DNA of 32,000 bases from Acuticoccus yangtzensis (GTDB taxonomy: Bacteria; Pseudomonadota; Alphaproteobacteria; Rhizobiales; Amorphaceae): positions 1 to 32,000 of the forward strand of contig NZ_MJUX01000014.1 in the NCBI RefSeq assembly GCF_001927245.1, given 5' to 3'. The notes beneath the pieces are model-generated. The model worked only from the letters and a program-made list of their open reading frames with translations. It was not told the DNA's origin and did no database searches. Numbering within the stretch: the first letter of the stretch is position 1; each line of letters opens with the position of its first letter. This document shows positions 9,130 through 17,490 of this stretch, piece by piece. Made by a program: the position numbers and the translations under genes.

Positions 9130-10206
9130 ATGTCCGACACCTCGACCCATCTTTTGCTGCCCTACCTCCAGGCGGCGCAGGCGCAGAAAAACGTGACCCA
9201 CAATGAGGCGCTGCGCCTGCTCGACGGCCTTGTCCAGCTCTCGGTTCTCGATCGGGATCTTGCCGATCCACCCAGCAGCCCGAGCGACGGGGATCGCTAC
9301 ATCGTCGCAAGCGGCGGCAGCGGTGCATGGAGCGGCTGGGACCTCAACGTCGCGTACTACGTCGACGGGGCTTGGATGCGGCTCGTCCCGCGTGCGGGAT
9401 GGCGCACCTGGGTCGAGGACGAAGGGGTGCTGCTCGTCTTCGACGGGTCCAGCTGGGTCACCACGACACCGACCGCACTGCAGGCGCTCACGCGGCTGGG
9501 AGTTGGCACCACCGCGAACGCCGCAAACCCGTTCTCGGCGAAGTTGAACGCGGCGCTCTGGACCGCGCTGACGGACGCCGAGGGTGGCGATGGTGCGCTG
9601 CGCATCACGCTCAACAAGGAGAGCGCGGAAGACACTCTCGCGCTCCTCCTACAGTCTGGCTTCTCCGGCCGCGCCGAACTCGGTCTGGTCGGATCCGACG
9701 ATCTGACGCTCAAGGTGAGTGCGGACGGGAGCAGCTGGAATGATGCTTTCGTCGTCGATCGGAACTCAGGGATCGTCAGCGAGCCCAACCGCCCGCGCTT
9801 CAAGGCGTACACGAACTACGACAACTACGTCCCGCTCACGACGTGGACGAAGATCGCGATCAACGCCACCGAGGCGAACGACCAGAACGTCTTCGACGCG
9901 GGCGCCAACGTCTTCACCGCCCCCGCGGACGGCACTTATCTCCTCGGCGCCTCGTTGCTGTACAAGGTCAACGGCAGCCTGTCGTCACGGATGCGCGGGC
10001 GGCTCGTACTGAACGGCGCGATCGAAATCCGCGGCTCCCTCGGCGAGATCTCCGGAACGCACGTCTCGAATGCCACCGCGATCTGGCTCCAGACGATGGT
10101 GCCGCTGTCCGCCGGCGATACCGTCGAGCTGCAGGGCTACTTCCGCGGCGCCGATGGATACTTCGCCGCCGAGCACACCACCTTCTGGGGCACCAAGATA
10201 GGATGA
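9130..10206 (+). CDS. DUF2793 tail-fibre-like protein with C1q/TNF-like C-terminal domain
   Basis: The N-terminus 'THLLLPYLQAAQAQKNVTHNEALRLLD...GDRYIV' is the DUF2793 signature. The C-terminal ~135 aa ('FTAPADGTYLLGASLLYK...LVLNG...LSAGDTVELQ') follows a C1q-like jelly-roll pattern. Confidence 0.82.
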   Translation: MSDTSTHLLLPYLQAAQAQKNVTHNEALRLLDGLVQLSVLDRDLADPPSSPSDGDRYIVASGGSGAWSGWDLNVAYYVDGAWMRLVPRAGWRTWVEDEGVLLVFDGSSWVTTTPTALQALTRLGVGTTANAANPFSAKLNAALWTALTDAEGGDGALRITLNKESAEDTLALLLQSGFSGRAELGLVGSDDLTLKVSADGSSWNDAFVVDRNSGIVSEPNRPRFKAYTNYDNYVPLTTWTKIAINATEANDQNVFDAGANVFTAPADGTYLLGASLLYKVNGSLSSRMRGRLVLNGAIEIRGSLGEISGTHVSNATAIWLQTMVPLSAGDTVELQGYFRGADGYFAAEHTTFWGTKIG

Positions 10207-10224
10207 GAGGGCAGGCTCACGACC

Positions 10225-10512
10225 ATGCCGACGACACGCACACCCGACCACATCACGCTGCCGAAACCCGAGTTCGAGCAGCTCCTCGAAACCGCCGCCG
10301 AAAAGGGCGCGAAGCGCGCGCTCATCGACGTCGGCCTCGAAGGCGAGACCGCAGCAGCCGACGTCCGCGATCTCCGCTCGCTCCTCGATGCGATCAAGGT
10401 CGTCCGCAACACCGCCCTTCAGACCGCGGTGCATGTGATCGTTACCGCGATTCTGCTCCTCATGGTCCTCGGCGCCGCAATCAAGCTGAAGCTGTTCGGC
10501 GACGGCGGCTGA
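10225..10512 (+). CDS. Small membrane protein (95 aa), candidate holin/lysis accessory
   Basis: A soluble charged N-part is followed by a single C-terminal TM (ALQTAVHVIVTAILLLMVLGAAI). It sits directly upstream of the hydrolase gene. Confidence 0.5.
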   Translation: MPTTRTPDHITLPKPEFEQLLETAAEKGAKRALIDVGLEGETAAADVRDLRSLLDAIKVVRNTALQTAVHVIVTAILLLMVLGAAIKLKLFGDGG

Positions 10513-10579
10513 CCGCTCCCACTCTCATCATCGTCCACCGAGCCCGCCTTGTTCGGGCTCTTTTCGTTTGGAGGTTCCC

Positions 10580-11266
10580 ATGACGCCCAAGTGGTATCAG
10601 CTCGCAACCGCCGAGCTGGGCCAGCAGGAGATCCGTGGCGCGAGGCACAATCCGCGGATCGTCAGCTATCAGCAGGCGACCGGCCTTCGCGCCACCGACG
10701 ACGAGACCGCGTGGTGCGGCTCGTTCGTCGCGTGGTGCCTGCGCGAGGCTGGCATTCGCTATGATGTTGCTCGCGCGGCGGCCGCTCGGTCCTGGCTGAG
10801 CTGGGGCCGCAAACTCGACAAGCCGACCATCGGCTGCGTCGTCGTCTTCTGGCGCGGCAAGCGCAACGGCTGGCAGGGCCACGTCGGCTTCTACGCCGGC
10901 CGAGCCAAGAACGGCGACATCCTCGTCCTCGGCGGCAACCAGGGCGACGCCGTCGGCATCCGCCCGTACTCGGCGAGCCAGCTGCTCGGCTATCGCTGGC
11001 CGAGCGATGTCGCGCTGCCGCCGGACATCGAGCCGCTGGCAAAGTCCGGCGTCGTACAGGGCACCAGCATCGCCGTCGCCAGCGGCGGCGCGATCGTCGC
11101 AGAGAACCTTCCGACTTTGGTAACGGAACTCGAGCGGGCCGATCGACATCTGCAGGCGGGCACCATCTTCGGCATCGCCATCGGTGTGTTGATCGTCGCC
11201 GGCGGCGGATACGCCCTGTGGCGGAGGGTGAAGGCGGCTCGGCAGCTCGGCGAGGAGGTCACGTGA
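10580..11266 (+). CDS. TIGR02594-family (CHAP/NlpC-like) peptidoglycan hydrolase with C-terminal TM anchor; putative endolysin
   Basis: ATG 10580 lies 5 nt after GGAGG (10570-10574), so the track start at 10568 is less likely. 'ELGQQEIRGARHNPRIVSY...ETAWCGSFVAWCL...WQGHVGFYAG...LGGNQGD' matches TIGR02594. The C-terminus 'GTIFGIAIGVLIVAGGGYALWRRV' is a TM helix. Confidence 0.82.
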   Translation: MTPKWYQLATAELGQQEIRGARHNPRIVSYQQATGLRATDDETAWCGSFVAWCLREAGIRYDVARAAAARSWLSWGRKLDKPTIGCVVVFWRGKRNGWQGHVGFYAGRAKNGDILVLGGNQGDAVGIRPYSASQLLGYRWPSDVALPPDIEPLAKSGVVQGTSIAVASGGAIVAENLPTLVTELERADRHLQAGTIFGIAIGVLIVAGGGYALWRRVKAARQLGEEVT

Positions 11267-11508
11267 TGGGATGGCTTCTCGCAATGCCGTGGTTGCGGCG
11301 GCTCGGGATGTACGCCGCCGCTGCTGGCGCCTTCGTCGCGGCGCTTGCCGCGCTACTTCGCTCCGGCGAGCGCAGCGGACAACTTCTAGAGCAACTCGAA
11401 CAGGAACGGGAGGTGTCCGATGCGCGTCAGCGGATGCTCGATGCGGCGCACGATCGTCCTCGCGGGCGTGATGATCTCGCTCGGCGCATGCGCGACGGGG
11501 AATTCTGA
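11266..11508 (+). CDS. i-spanin-like protein (N-terminal TM plus short coiled coil)
   Basis: ATG 11266 overlaps the hydrolase TGA (TGATG) and has GAGGAGG at 11252-11258. The protein shows a TM 'WLRRLGMYAAAAGAFVAALAALL' followed by 'QLLEQLEQEREVSDARQRMLDAA'. Confidence 0.5.
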   Translation: MGWLLAMPWLRRLGMYAAAAGAFVAALAALLRSGERSGQLLEQLEQEREVSDARQRMLDAAHDRPRGRDDLARRMRDGEF

Positions 11509-11701
11509 CCGCGGCGGCGCGTGTGTCCCGGTGCCAGAGTACCGGCGGCAGTTCCTCGACCGGGCGGCGGACGAGATCGAGCGGATGACGGAGGAATCCG
11601 CAATCACGCGAATGCTGGAGGATTACGCCTTGATGCGAGCGCAGGGGCGTTCGTGTCCCGAGCCATACTCGAGCTCGTATATGCTCAGCCCCCCGAGGTG
11701 A
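11420..11701 (+). CDS. o-spanin-like lipoprotein, overlapping the 3' end of the previous gene
   Basis: GGGAGG (11408-11413) precedes ATG 11420, and ATG 11441 is an alternative start. The signal peptide with lipobox 'MRRTIVLAGVMISLGAC' is present. The gene starts out of frame inside 11266..11508 and extends beyond it, an overlapped spanin layout. Confidence 0.5.
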   Translation: MRVSGCSMRRTIVLAGVMISLGACATGNSDRGGACVPVPEYRRQFLDRAADEIERMTEESAITRMLEDYALMRAQGRSCPEPYSSSYMLSPPR

Positions 11702-12104
11702 CGGAAGCGACGCGCGCGATCGCCAAGCTTCCCCGTCGTCATACTCGCTCGCCGACTGCGAGTATACGTGCCGGACGCCGACGAGCGCGGACCCCGGTGC
11801 GAGGTCTTCGGGGACACAAATCCTCCCTCTGCGGCGTCGCGGAGTGGGACCCGGGAGCGAGAAGTTCCACAGCCGACCAGGGATGGGGCTATTCCGCCTA
11901 GCGCGGCGCTCGTCGACGACCCGAAGCCGCCGGCGCCGGCCTAATCGATCCGCATCGTATCCTCCAGCTCACGGTGCGAGCGGGCCTGAGGCTGAATAAC
12001 AGAAGCCGATGAAGAAGGTTGCCGCACGAGATGACGTGCAGGTATCCAACACGCGGCGCGCGGTGTGTACTGCAGTAGGCGTGCGTCACGCCGCGTAACT
12101 CTCA

Positions 12105-12377
12105 TCAGCCGAGGCCGAATACCCTTTCCGCAAGTGAGCCCGACTTGCGGTCATTGGCTGTGTCGACGCGATCGAGCCGGTCCTCGGTTACGACCCGCTC
12201 GTACGGTTCCGCCTCGTTCCGGATGCGGTACTGCAGGGCCTCGCCGACAGGCGGCAGGACGCGCGTGACCCTGAAGAGTTCGGCGGAGCCGGGCGGGCGG
12301 TCGAGCCGGTTTCTGAAGCGGACGGTCTGTCCCACCTCGAACAGGTGGGGTTCGGTGTCATGCCGTATGGGACGCAT
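12105..12377 (-). CDS. Hypothetical small protein (90 aa)
   Basis: An AAGGAG-type RBS precedes the ATG at 12377. The composition is balanced and non-shadow ('FEVGQTVRFRNRLDRPPGSAELFRVTRVLPPVGEALQYRIRNEAEPYERVVTEDRL'). No family was recognised. Confidence 0.5.
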   Translation of the reverse strand: MRPIRHDTEPHLFEVGQTVRFRNRLDRPPGSAELFRVTRVLPPVGEALQYRIRNEAEPYERVVTEDRLDRVDTANDRKSGSLAERVFGLG

Positions 12378-12706
12378 GGAATCTCCTTGCCGGCGCGCTA
12401 TGCGCGCTCGTGCCGTGTGAGAATCGGATGAGGATGTCCTCGACTGCTAGGAACAGCCTTGCGGTCCTTGCTCCGCCGCGTGAATGGCGAGCACCGGTGG
12501 GAGCTTGCAGTCAGGGAAAAGCGCAGGGGAGAAGGATGTCGCGCGGTTAGGCGCTGGATCACCAAATTCTTACTTATGATTTTCGAACGTTGAATACAAT
12601 GGAGCGCCAGCGAAAAATTGAAAGCGTCGATAGAAAGAGCGTCTGGCCGACTTGAGAAGATCGTCAAGGACGGCCGACGGGCCTCGGCAGCGGGCCGCAT
12701 CGGGAG

Positions 12707-13048
12707 GTGAACGTGATCCGCGCGCTAGTCACCTCTGATGGGGGGAATGCCGAGGCGGCGCGCGCCGAGGCGGCCGAAGCGCTCGCAAACGCCCGCGGGA
12801 TCCCCGTCGCCGAGGCGTCGCGGCAGGTCGCCGAGATCGAGGCCGCCTACCAGAGCACCGTGGACCGGACCGCGGAGGCGGCGGCGCGGGCCGCTGATGC
12901 GACTGCGGACGCCGTCTCGACGGGAGCGCTGCTCGCCTTCGCCGGGCTCGTCCTCGGCGCCATCGCGGGCTGGCTCGGCGGCCGGTCGGGCGTCGTCCAT
13001 CCGGTGTTCGCAAATCGTCTAGCGCCGGCGCGTCTGCGGCGCGCCTGA
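12707..13048 (+). CDS. Hypothetical membrane-anchored protein (113 aa)
   Basis: GTG 12707 follows GGGAGG. An Ala-rich helical N-part is followed by the TM 'GALLAFAGLVLGAIAGWLGG'. Confidence 0.45.
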   Translation: MNVIRALVTSDGGNAEAARAEAAEALANARGIPVAEASRQVAEIEAAYQSTVDRTAEAAARAADATADAVSTGALLAFAGLVLGAIAGWLGGRSGVVHPVFANRLAPARLRRA

Positions 13049-14160
13049 CCCGGAAGACCGACCGTCCGCTAGGGCCGGGGCAGTCCGCTCCGGCCACTAC
13101 GGATGATGCCGTCGCCGCGCAAAGTCGGGACGGAAAGCCGGGTCGTGTATGGGCTGCGACGGCGAACGTCCGCTCCGGCTGTGTCCCCGTGGTCGGCGCG
13201 ATTTCTTTCCGATCATTGATCCAACCTGATCGGAAAGCGGGCAGGTCATCTCCGGCATGATGCTGAAGCGCGTTCCGCAAGAGTGAAGGTGTCCGGCGAG
13301 ATGTATGACTCCGAACCCCATCACGTGCTGCTCGCGGCCACCGGGCTCGCACTCCTCGCCGCTTACGCGTTGCCGCGCCTCGCTTTCGCGCGCCCGCCGT
13401 CCTCCTCGTGGCTCCTCATGGTTTTCGGGCTTCTCGTTTTCGCGTTCGTCCCGGGTATGCCCGGGGCGCTCGACCCGGTGAGCGCGCCGCTCGTCTGGGA
13501 GGTGGTCAGCGAGCTGGTCGTGATCGTCGTCCTGTTTTCGACGGGGCTCCGCATCGACACGATCCGCGGTCTGAGGCTGTGGTCCCCCACGGTCCGCCTC
13601 CTCGCGATCACGATGCCGCTGACCATCGCCGCCGTCGCCTTCCTCGGCTGGTCGCTCGCGGGCATGACGGTCGCGGGCGATCCTTGTCGGCGCGGCGCTG
13701 GCGCCGACCGATCCCGTCCTCGCTGGCGATGTCCAGGTGGGAACGCCGCTTGAAGGGGGAGAGCATCCGGTCCGGTTCGCGCTCACGGCGGAGGCGGGCC
13801 TCAACGACGGGCTGGCCATCCCGTTCGTCCATCTCGGACTGCTGGTCGAGGCGCTCGGGCTCGATCCGGGGACCTGGCTGCCCGACTGGCTCTGGCGGGA
13901 CTTGGTCTACCGGGTCGCCGTTGGCGGCCTCGGCGGCGCGGCCATCGGGTGGGTCTTCGGCAGGCTCCTCGTCGGCAGCGGGCGGCGCATCACTGACGGT
14001 GTGTCGAGGATCGTCGCCTCGCCGGCGTGCTCCTCACCTACGGCCTCGTGGAGCTCGTCGAGGGATACGGCTTCATCGCGGCGTTCGTCGCCGGCATGGT
14101 GTGCAGGAGCGTCGAGCGCGACAACGCCTTCCACCGCCGGCTCCATGATTTCTCGGAGGC

Positions 14161-14166
14161 TCTAGA
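14161..14166. repeat. Target-site duplication TCTAGA (left copy)
   Basis: An identical hexamer lies at 15177-15182. It contains the CTAG core typical of IS481-family targets (NCTAGN). Confidence 0.8.
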
Positions 14167-15176
14167 TGTCGTTCCCAAGAAGATTGTTCAGCCTGAGCCA
14201 GGGTGTCTGATGGCCGATCGCTGAGTGTGGGCGGGCGGTGTTGTAGGTTTTGAGAAAGGGCTGCTAGCGCGCGTTCTCTCGGCGGATGAGTGATAGGGGC
14301 GGACGTAGGCCCATTCTCTGAGGGACGTCTGAATGAAGCGTTCGGCCTTGCCGTTGGTGCGCGGCGTGTAGGGCCTTGTCCGGATGTGCTTCAGCCCTCG
14401 TTCGTGCAGTATCTTGCGAAAGAAGTGGCTCCGGTAGGCCGATCCGTTGTCGGTCATGACCCGCTCGACGGTCACGCCATGGCGCTTGAAGAAGGCCAGG
14501 GCGCGGCCCAGGAAGGCAATCGCGTCCTCGCGTTTCTCGGAGGCGAGCACCTCGGTGAAGGCCAGGCGCGAGGCGTCGTCGATGGCCACATGGAGCACCT
14601 CCCAGCCGGTGCCGCGCTTGTTCGACTGGCCCCGCCGATCGCCTGTGATGCGATGGCCAATCCCCTTGATCCGCCCGAGCTTTTTGGTGTCCATGTGGAT
14701 CATCTCGCCAGGCTGTTCGCGCTGATAGCGCCGGACCGGCGGAGTTTCATCCAGGGCCTTGAGCTTGCCGAGGCCGAGCCGGCGCAGGACCGCACCGACG
14801 GTCGATCGGGGCATGTTGAGCTGGCGGGCGATGGCCGGCCCCGTCATGCGCTGAAGCCTGAGGCGCTTGATGTCCTGGACGGTTCTCTCGGCGAGTTTAT
14901 GACGGATACGATGCGGCGTGTGGGACCGGTCGGTGAGGGCCGCTTCGCCGCCCTCTTTGAACCTTGCCAGCCATTTGAAGGCGGTTCGCTTGGAGATCCC
15001 CGCGGCGCTTGCCGCATCGGCAACCGGCCAACCCTGGCTTTGCACCCGCTCCACCAGCAGGAGCCGACTGTGTCGGTTGGAACGTGCATTCTTGTGGGTG
15101 TTCATGACCGATCCCCGCTGCCTCCCGAAGAGACAATCAGACCCGGTCCCGGCGAGCAATCATCGTAGCATCCACA
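14167..15176 (-). mobile_element. IS481-family insertion sequence (1010 bp)
   Basis: The element is flanked by 6-bp TCTAGA direct repeats. The ends TGTCGTTCCCAAGAAGATTG... and the reverse complement of the other end, TGTGGATGCTACGATGATTG..., form imperfect IRs (about 16 of 24 nt by eye). A single transposase fills the element. Confidence 0.85.
14188..15105 (-). CDS. IS481-family DDE transposase
   Basis: The start 'MNTHKNARSNRHSRLLLVERV' is typical for the family, which makes ATG 15105 the likely start. The HTH N-terminus and the 'HMDTKKLGRI...VAIDDASR...TDNGSAY...RTRPYTPRTNGKAERF' DDE core are present. Confidence 0.9.
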   Translation of the reverse strand: MNTHKNARSNRHSRLLLVERVQSQGWPVADAASAAGISKRTAFKWLARFKEGGEAALTDRSHTPHRIRHKLAERTVQDIKRLRLQRMTGPAIARQLNMPRSTVGAVLRRLGLGKLKALDETPPVRRYQREQPGEMIHMDTKKLGRIKGIGHRITGDRRGQSNKRGTGWEVLHVAIDDASRLAFTEVLASEKREDAIAFLGRALAFFKRHGVTVERVMTDNGSAYRSHFFRKILHERGLKHIRTRPYTPRTNGKAERFIQTSLREWAYVRPYHSSAERTRASSPFSKPTTPPAHTQRSAIRHPGSG

Positions 15177-15182
15177 TCTAGA
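15177..15182. repeat. Target-site duplication TCTAGA (right copy)
   Basis: It matches 14161-14166 exactly. Confidence 0.8.
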
Positions 15183-15611
15183 GGAAGCGCTGACGGCCCT
15201 CCTCCTGATCTTCCTCGGTGGTGCCTTGCCCGCTCTGTGGCCCGCGCTCGACTGGCAGGGTTGCCTGATCGGCCTCGCGCTTCTTCTCGAGATCCGCCCG
15301 CTCGCGGGCTGGGTCGCGCTGTGGCGGTCGCCGCTCGGCGGGCGGGAGCGTGCCGTCGTCGCCTCTTGCGGCGTGCGGGGCATCGGGTCGGTCTATAATC
15401 TCGGCTACGCGTCCGGACGGATTGAGTTCATCAACGCGGCCCAGATCTGGGCGCTGGTGGCGTTCACCATCTTCGCGTCCACACTCGTCCACGGTGCGAC
15501 CGCCCGTCTCATCGTCGACCGGGTCGTCGGCGCCCGCTCGGCGCCTTCCTGATCCCGGGGCACGGGACCGGGGTTCCGGTCCGCTCGACGGTGGCGGGAC
15601 GAAGGGGACCG

Positions 15612-16484
15612 TCAGCGGGCGCTGAGCACGGCGACCTCCACCTCCATCGACGTCTGCGATGCGCCATCGAGGGACACGAAGGTGCCGCTGACAGGGACCG
15701 CCTGCGCAGGCGTGCGGGTCGTCGCCACGCGCACCAGGCTGCGGCTCGCGACGATCTGGTTGGTCGGGTCGAACTCGACCCAGCCGGCCCCCGGTAGGTA
15801 CACGTCCGCCCAGGCGTGGGTCGCGCCACCGCCCGTCAACGTCTCGGCGTCGGTGGCCGGGTCGTAGAGATAACCGGTGACGAACCGCGCCGCATAGCCG
15901 AGGGATCGCGCGGCCTCCATGAAGAGGAAGGCGAAATCCCTGCACGTGCCGCTTCCCTTGGCGATGGTCTCAGCCGGGGACTGCACCCCCATCTCCTCCC
16001 TGCGCCGGTAGACGAAGCTGCGGTGGACGGCCGTGGACAGGGCCTCCAGCACCTCGGCGCTTCCGTGCGGCAGTTCCGGCAGAACAGCCGCCACCCATGC
16101 CCTCACTGCCTCCGCGTCGCGCGGCCGGTCGATCGCGACGAGGGCGGCGAGGTCGAACGCCTCGTCGGATTCGTACCGTGGTGGGTAGGCGCCGGCGCGT
16201 CGGCCGATGCGCGGCAGCGGATCGTCGAGGGCGTATCGCTGCAACCGCAGCTCGCTGGCGATCACGAGCTCCTGCGCCGGCTCGTGGAACGTCAGCCGCG
16301 CCACCGAGTTACCAAATGTGTCGTAGGCCCATCCGACGTCCGCCGGCGGGGACACGGTCAGGCTCGATCCCAAGATCCTCATGTCGTGTCCGTCACGGGG
16401 CCTGAGCATCAGGTCGTGCGGTCCGAATTGCACAGGCCGGTCGTATGAGTACACCGTCTTGTGGGAGATCATCAGCGCACTCAC
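15612..16484 (-). CDS. Transglutaminase-like family protein (Bact_transglu_N + transglutaminase core)
   Basis: 'HKTVYSYDRPVQFGPHDLMLRPR' is N-domain-like. The core reads 'GSGTCRDFAFLFMEAARSLGYAARFVTGYLY...THAWADVYLPGAGWVEFDPTN' (Cys/His/Asp). ATG 16472 is an alternative start. Confidence 0.85.
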   Translation of the reverse strand: MSALMISHKTVYSYDRPVQFGPHDLMLRPRDGHDMRILGSSLTVSPPADVGWAYDTFGNSVARLTFHEPAQELVIASELRLQRYALDDPLPRIGRRAGAYPPRYESDEAFDLAALVAIDRPRDAEAVRAWVAAVLPELPHGSAEVLEALSTAVHRSFVYRRREEMGVQSPAETIAKGSGTCRDFAFLFMEAARSLGYAARFVTGYLYDPATDAETLTGGGATHAWADVYLPGAGWVEFDPTNQIVASRSLVRVATTRTPAQAVPVSGTFVSLDGASQTSMEVEVAVLSAR

Positions 16485-16611
16485 GAATGTTTTTCCACGT
16501 GGCCCGTCCTTTATTTTGCAAATATTGACACTATATCTGTAATGCTTGCCGATAAGGCAATGTCCAGACCATCGAATTCATCGTCTCGTTTGCGGGCGTG
16601 GAAAGGTAATA

Positions 16612-17490
16612 GTGTTTATTCGTTTCGGATTCGATATTGCGTTGAACTGCAAGACACCGACGACGCTCATTCTCGGCCTGTCGCCACACTCGACCTATTC
16701 CGGTCGCATCATCGGGTCCGACCGTCTCACCGTTGAGCCCGAGCTTGCGATGGACGATATCCTCGATCCGTTCGGCAACCGGCTCATACGGCTGAGGGCT
16801 CCCGCCGGCCGGCTCGCACTGAACGCGGACTGCGTGGTTGAGGTCGAGGGCGAGCCCGACCCGTTCGACTGGAACGCTCAGCAGCGGGATGTCGCGGACC
16901 TTCCGCCCGAAACGCTGCCCTTCTTGATGGCGAGCCGCTACTGCGAGTCTGACGTGCTCCGCGAGGACGCGTGGCGCCTGTTCGGCGGTACGCCGATGGG
17001 CTGGGCGCGCGTGCAGGCGATCTCCAACTTCGTGCACAACCACCTGACGTTCGGCTATGGTTTCGGCCGCCCGACGAAGACGGCGGCGGACGCGTTCAAG
17101 GAGCGCACCGGCGTCTGCCGGGACTTCGCGCATCTCATGATCGCGCTCTGCCGTGCCATGAGCATCCCGGCCCGCTACGCGAGCGGCTACCTCGGCGACA
17201 TCGGCGTTCCGCCGTCAGGCCCCGGCGACTTCAGCGCCTGGACCGAGGTCTATCTCGGCGATCGCTGGTACACCTTCGACGCGCGCCACAACATCCCCCG
17301 CATCGGGCGCATCCTGATGGTGCGCGGCAGGGACGCGGCGGACGGCGCCATGATGACCACGTTCGGCGCCTACGATCTCGAGCTGTTCAAGGTGTGGACC
17401 GACGAGGTCGAGGGCCGCGGTGACGACGATCTAAAGGAGCTGCTCCGCCGGCAGCCGGTAGGCGAAGCGCTAACACTCGCACCGGTCTGA
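16612..17490 (+). CDS. Transglutaminase-like family protein, divergent from 15612..16484
   Basis: The likely start is GTG 16612 after GAAAGG, giving 'MFIRFGFDIALNC'. The core reads 'GVCRDFAHLMIALCRAMSIPARYASGYLGD...DFSAWTEVYLGDRWYTFDARHN'. Confidence 0.8.
   Translation: MFIRFGFDIALNCKTPTTLILGLSPHSTYSGRIIGSDRLTVEPELAMDDILDPFGNRLIRLRAPAGRLALNADCVVEVEGEPDPFDWNAQQRDVADLPPETLPFLMASRYCESDVLREDAWRLFGGTPMGWARVQAISNFVHNHLTFGYGFGRPTKTAADAFKERTGVCRDFAHLMIALCRAMSIPARYASGYLGDIGVPPSGPGDFSAWTEVYLGDRWYTFDARHNIPRIGRILMVRGRDAADGAMMTTFGAYDLELFKVWTDEVEGRGDDDLKELLRRQPVGEALTLAPV

Larger units (their letters stand above)
13301..15552 (+). pseudogene. CPA1/NhaP-type Na+(K+)/H+ antiporter, disrupted by an IS481-family insertion and two frame breaks
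   Basis: Four pieces join into one antiporter: 13301-~13678 (frame 2), ~13680-~14005 (frame 0), ~13997-14166 (frame 2) and 15183-15552. The frame-0 piece reads 'ILVGAALAPTDPVLAGDVQVG...FALTAEAGLNDGLA'. Removing 14167-15182 restores '...HDFSEALEEALTALLLIFLGGALPALW...'. Confidence 0.8.
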
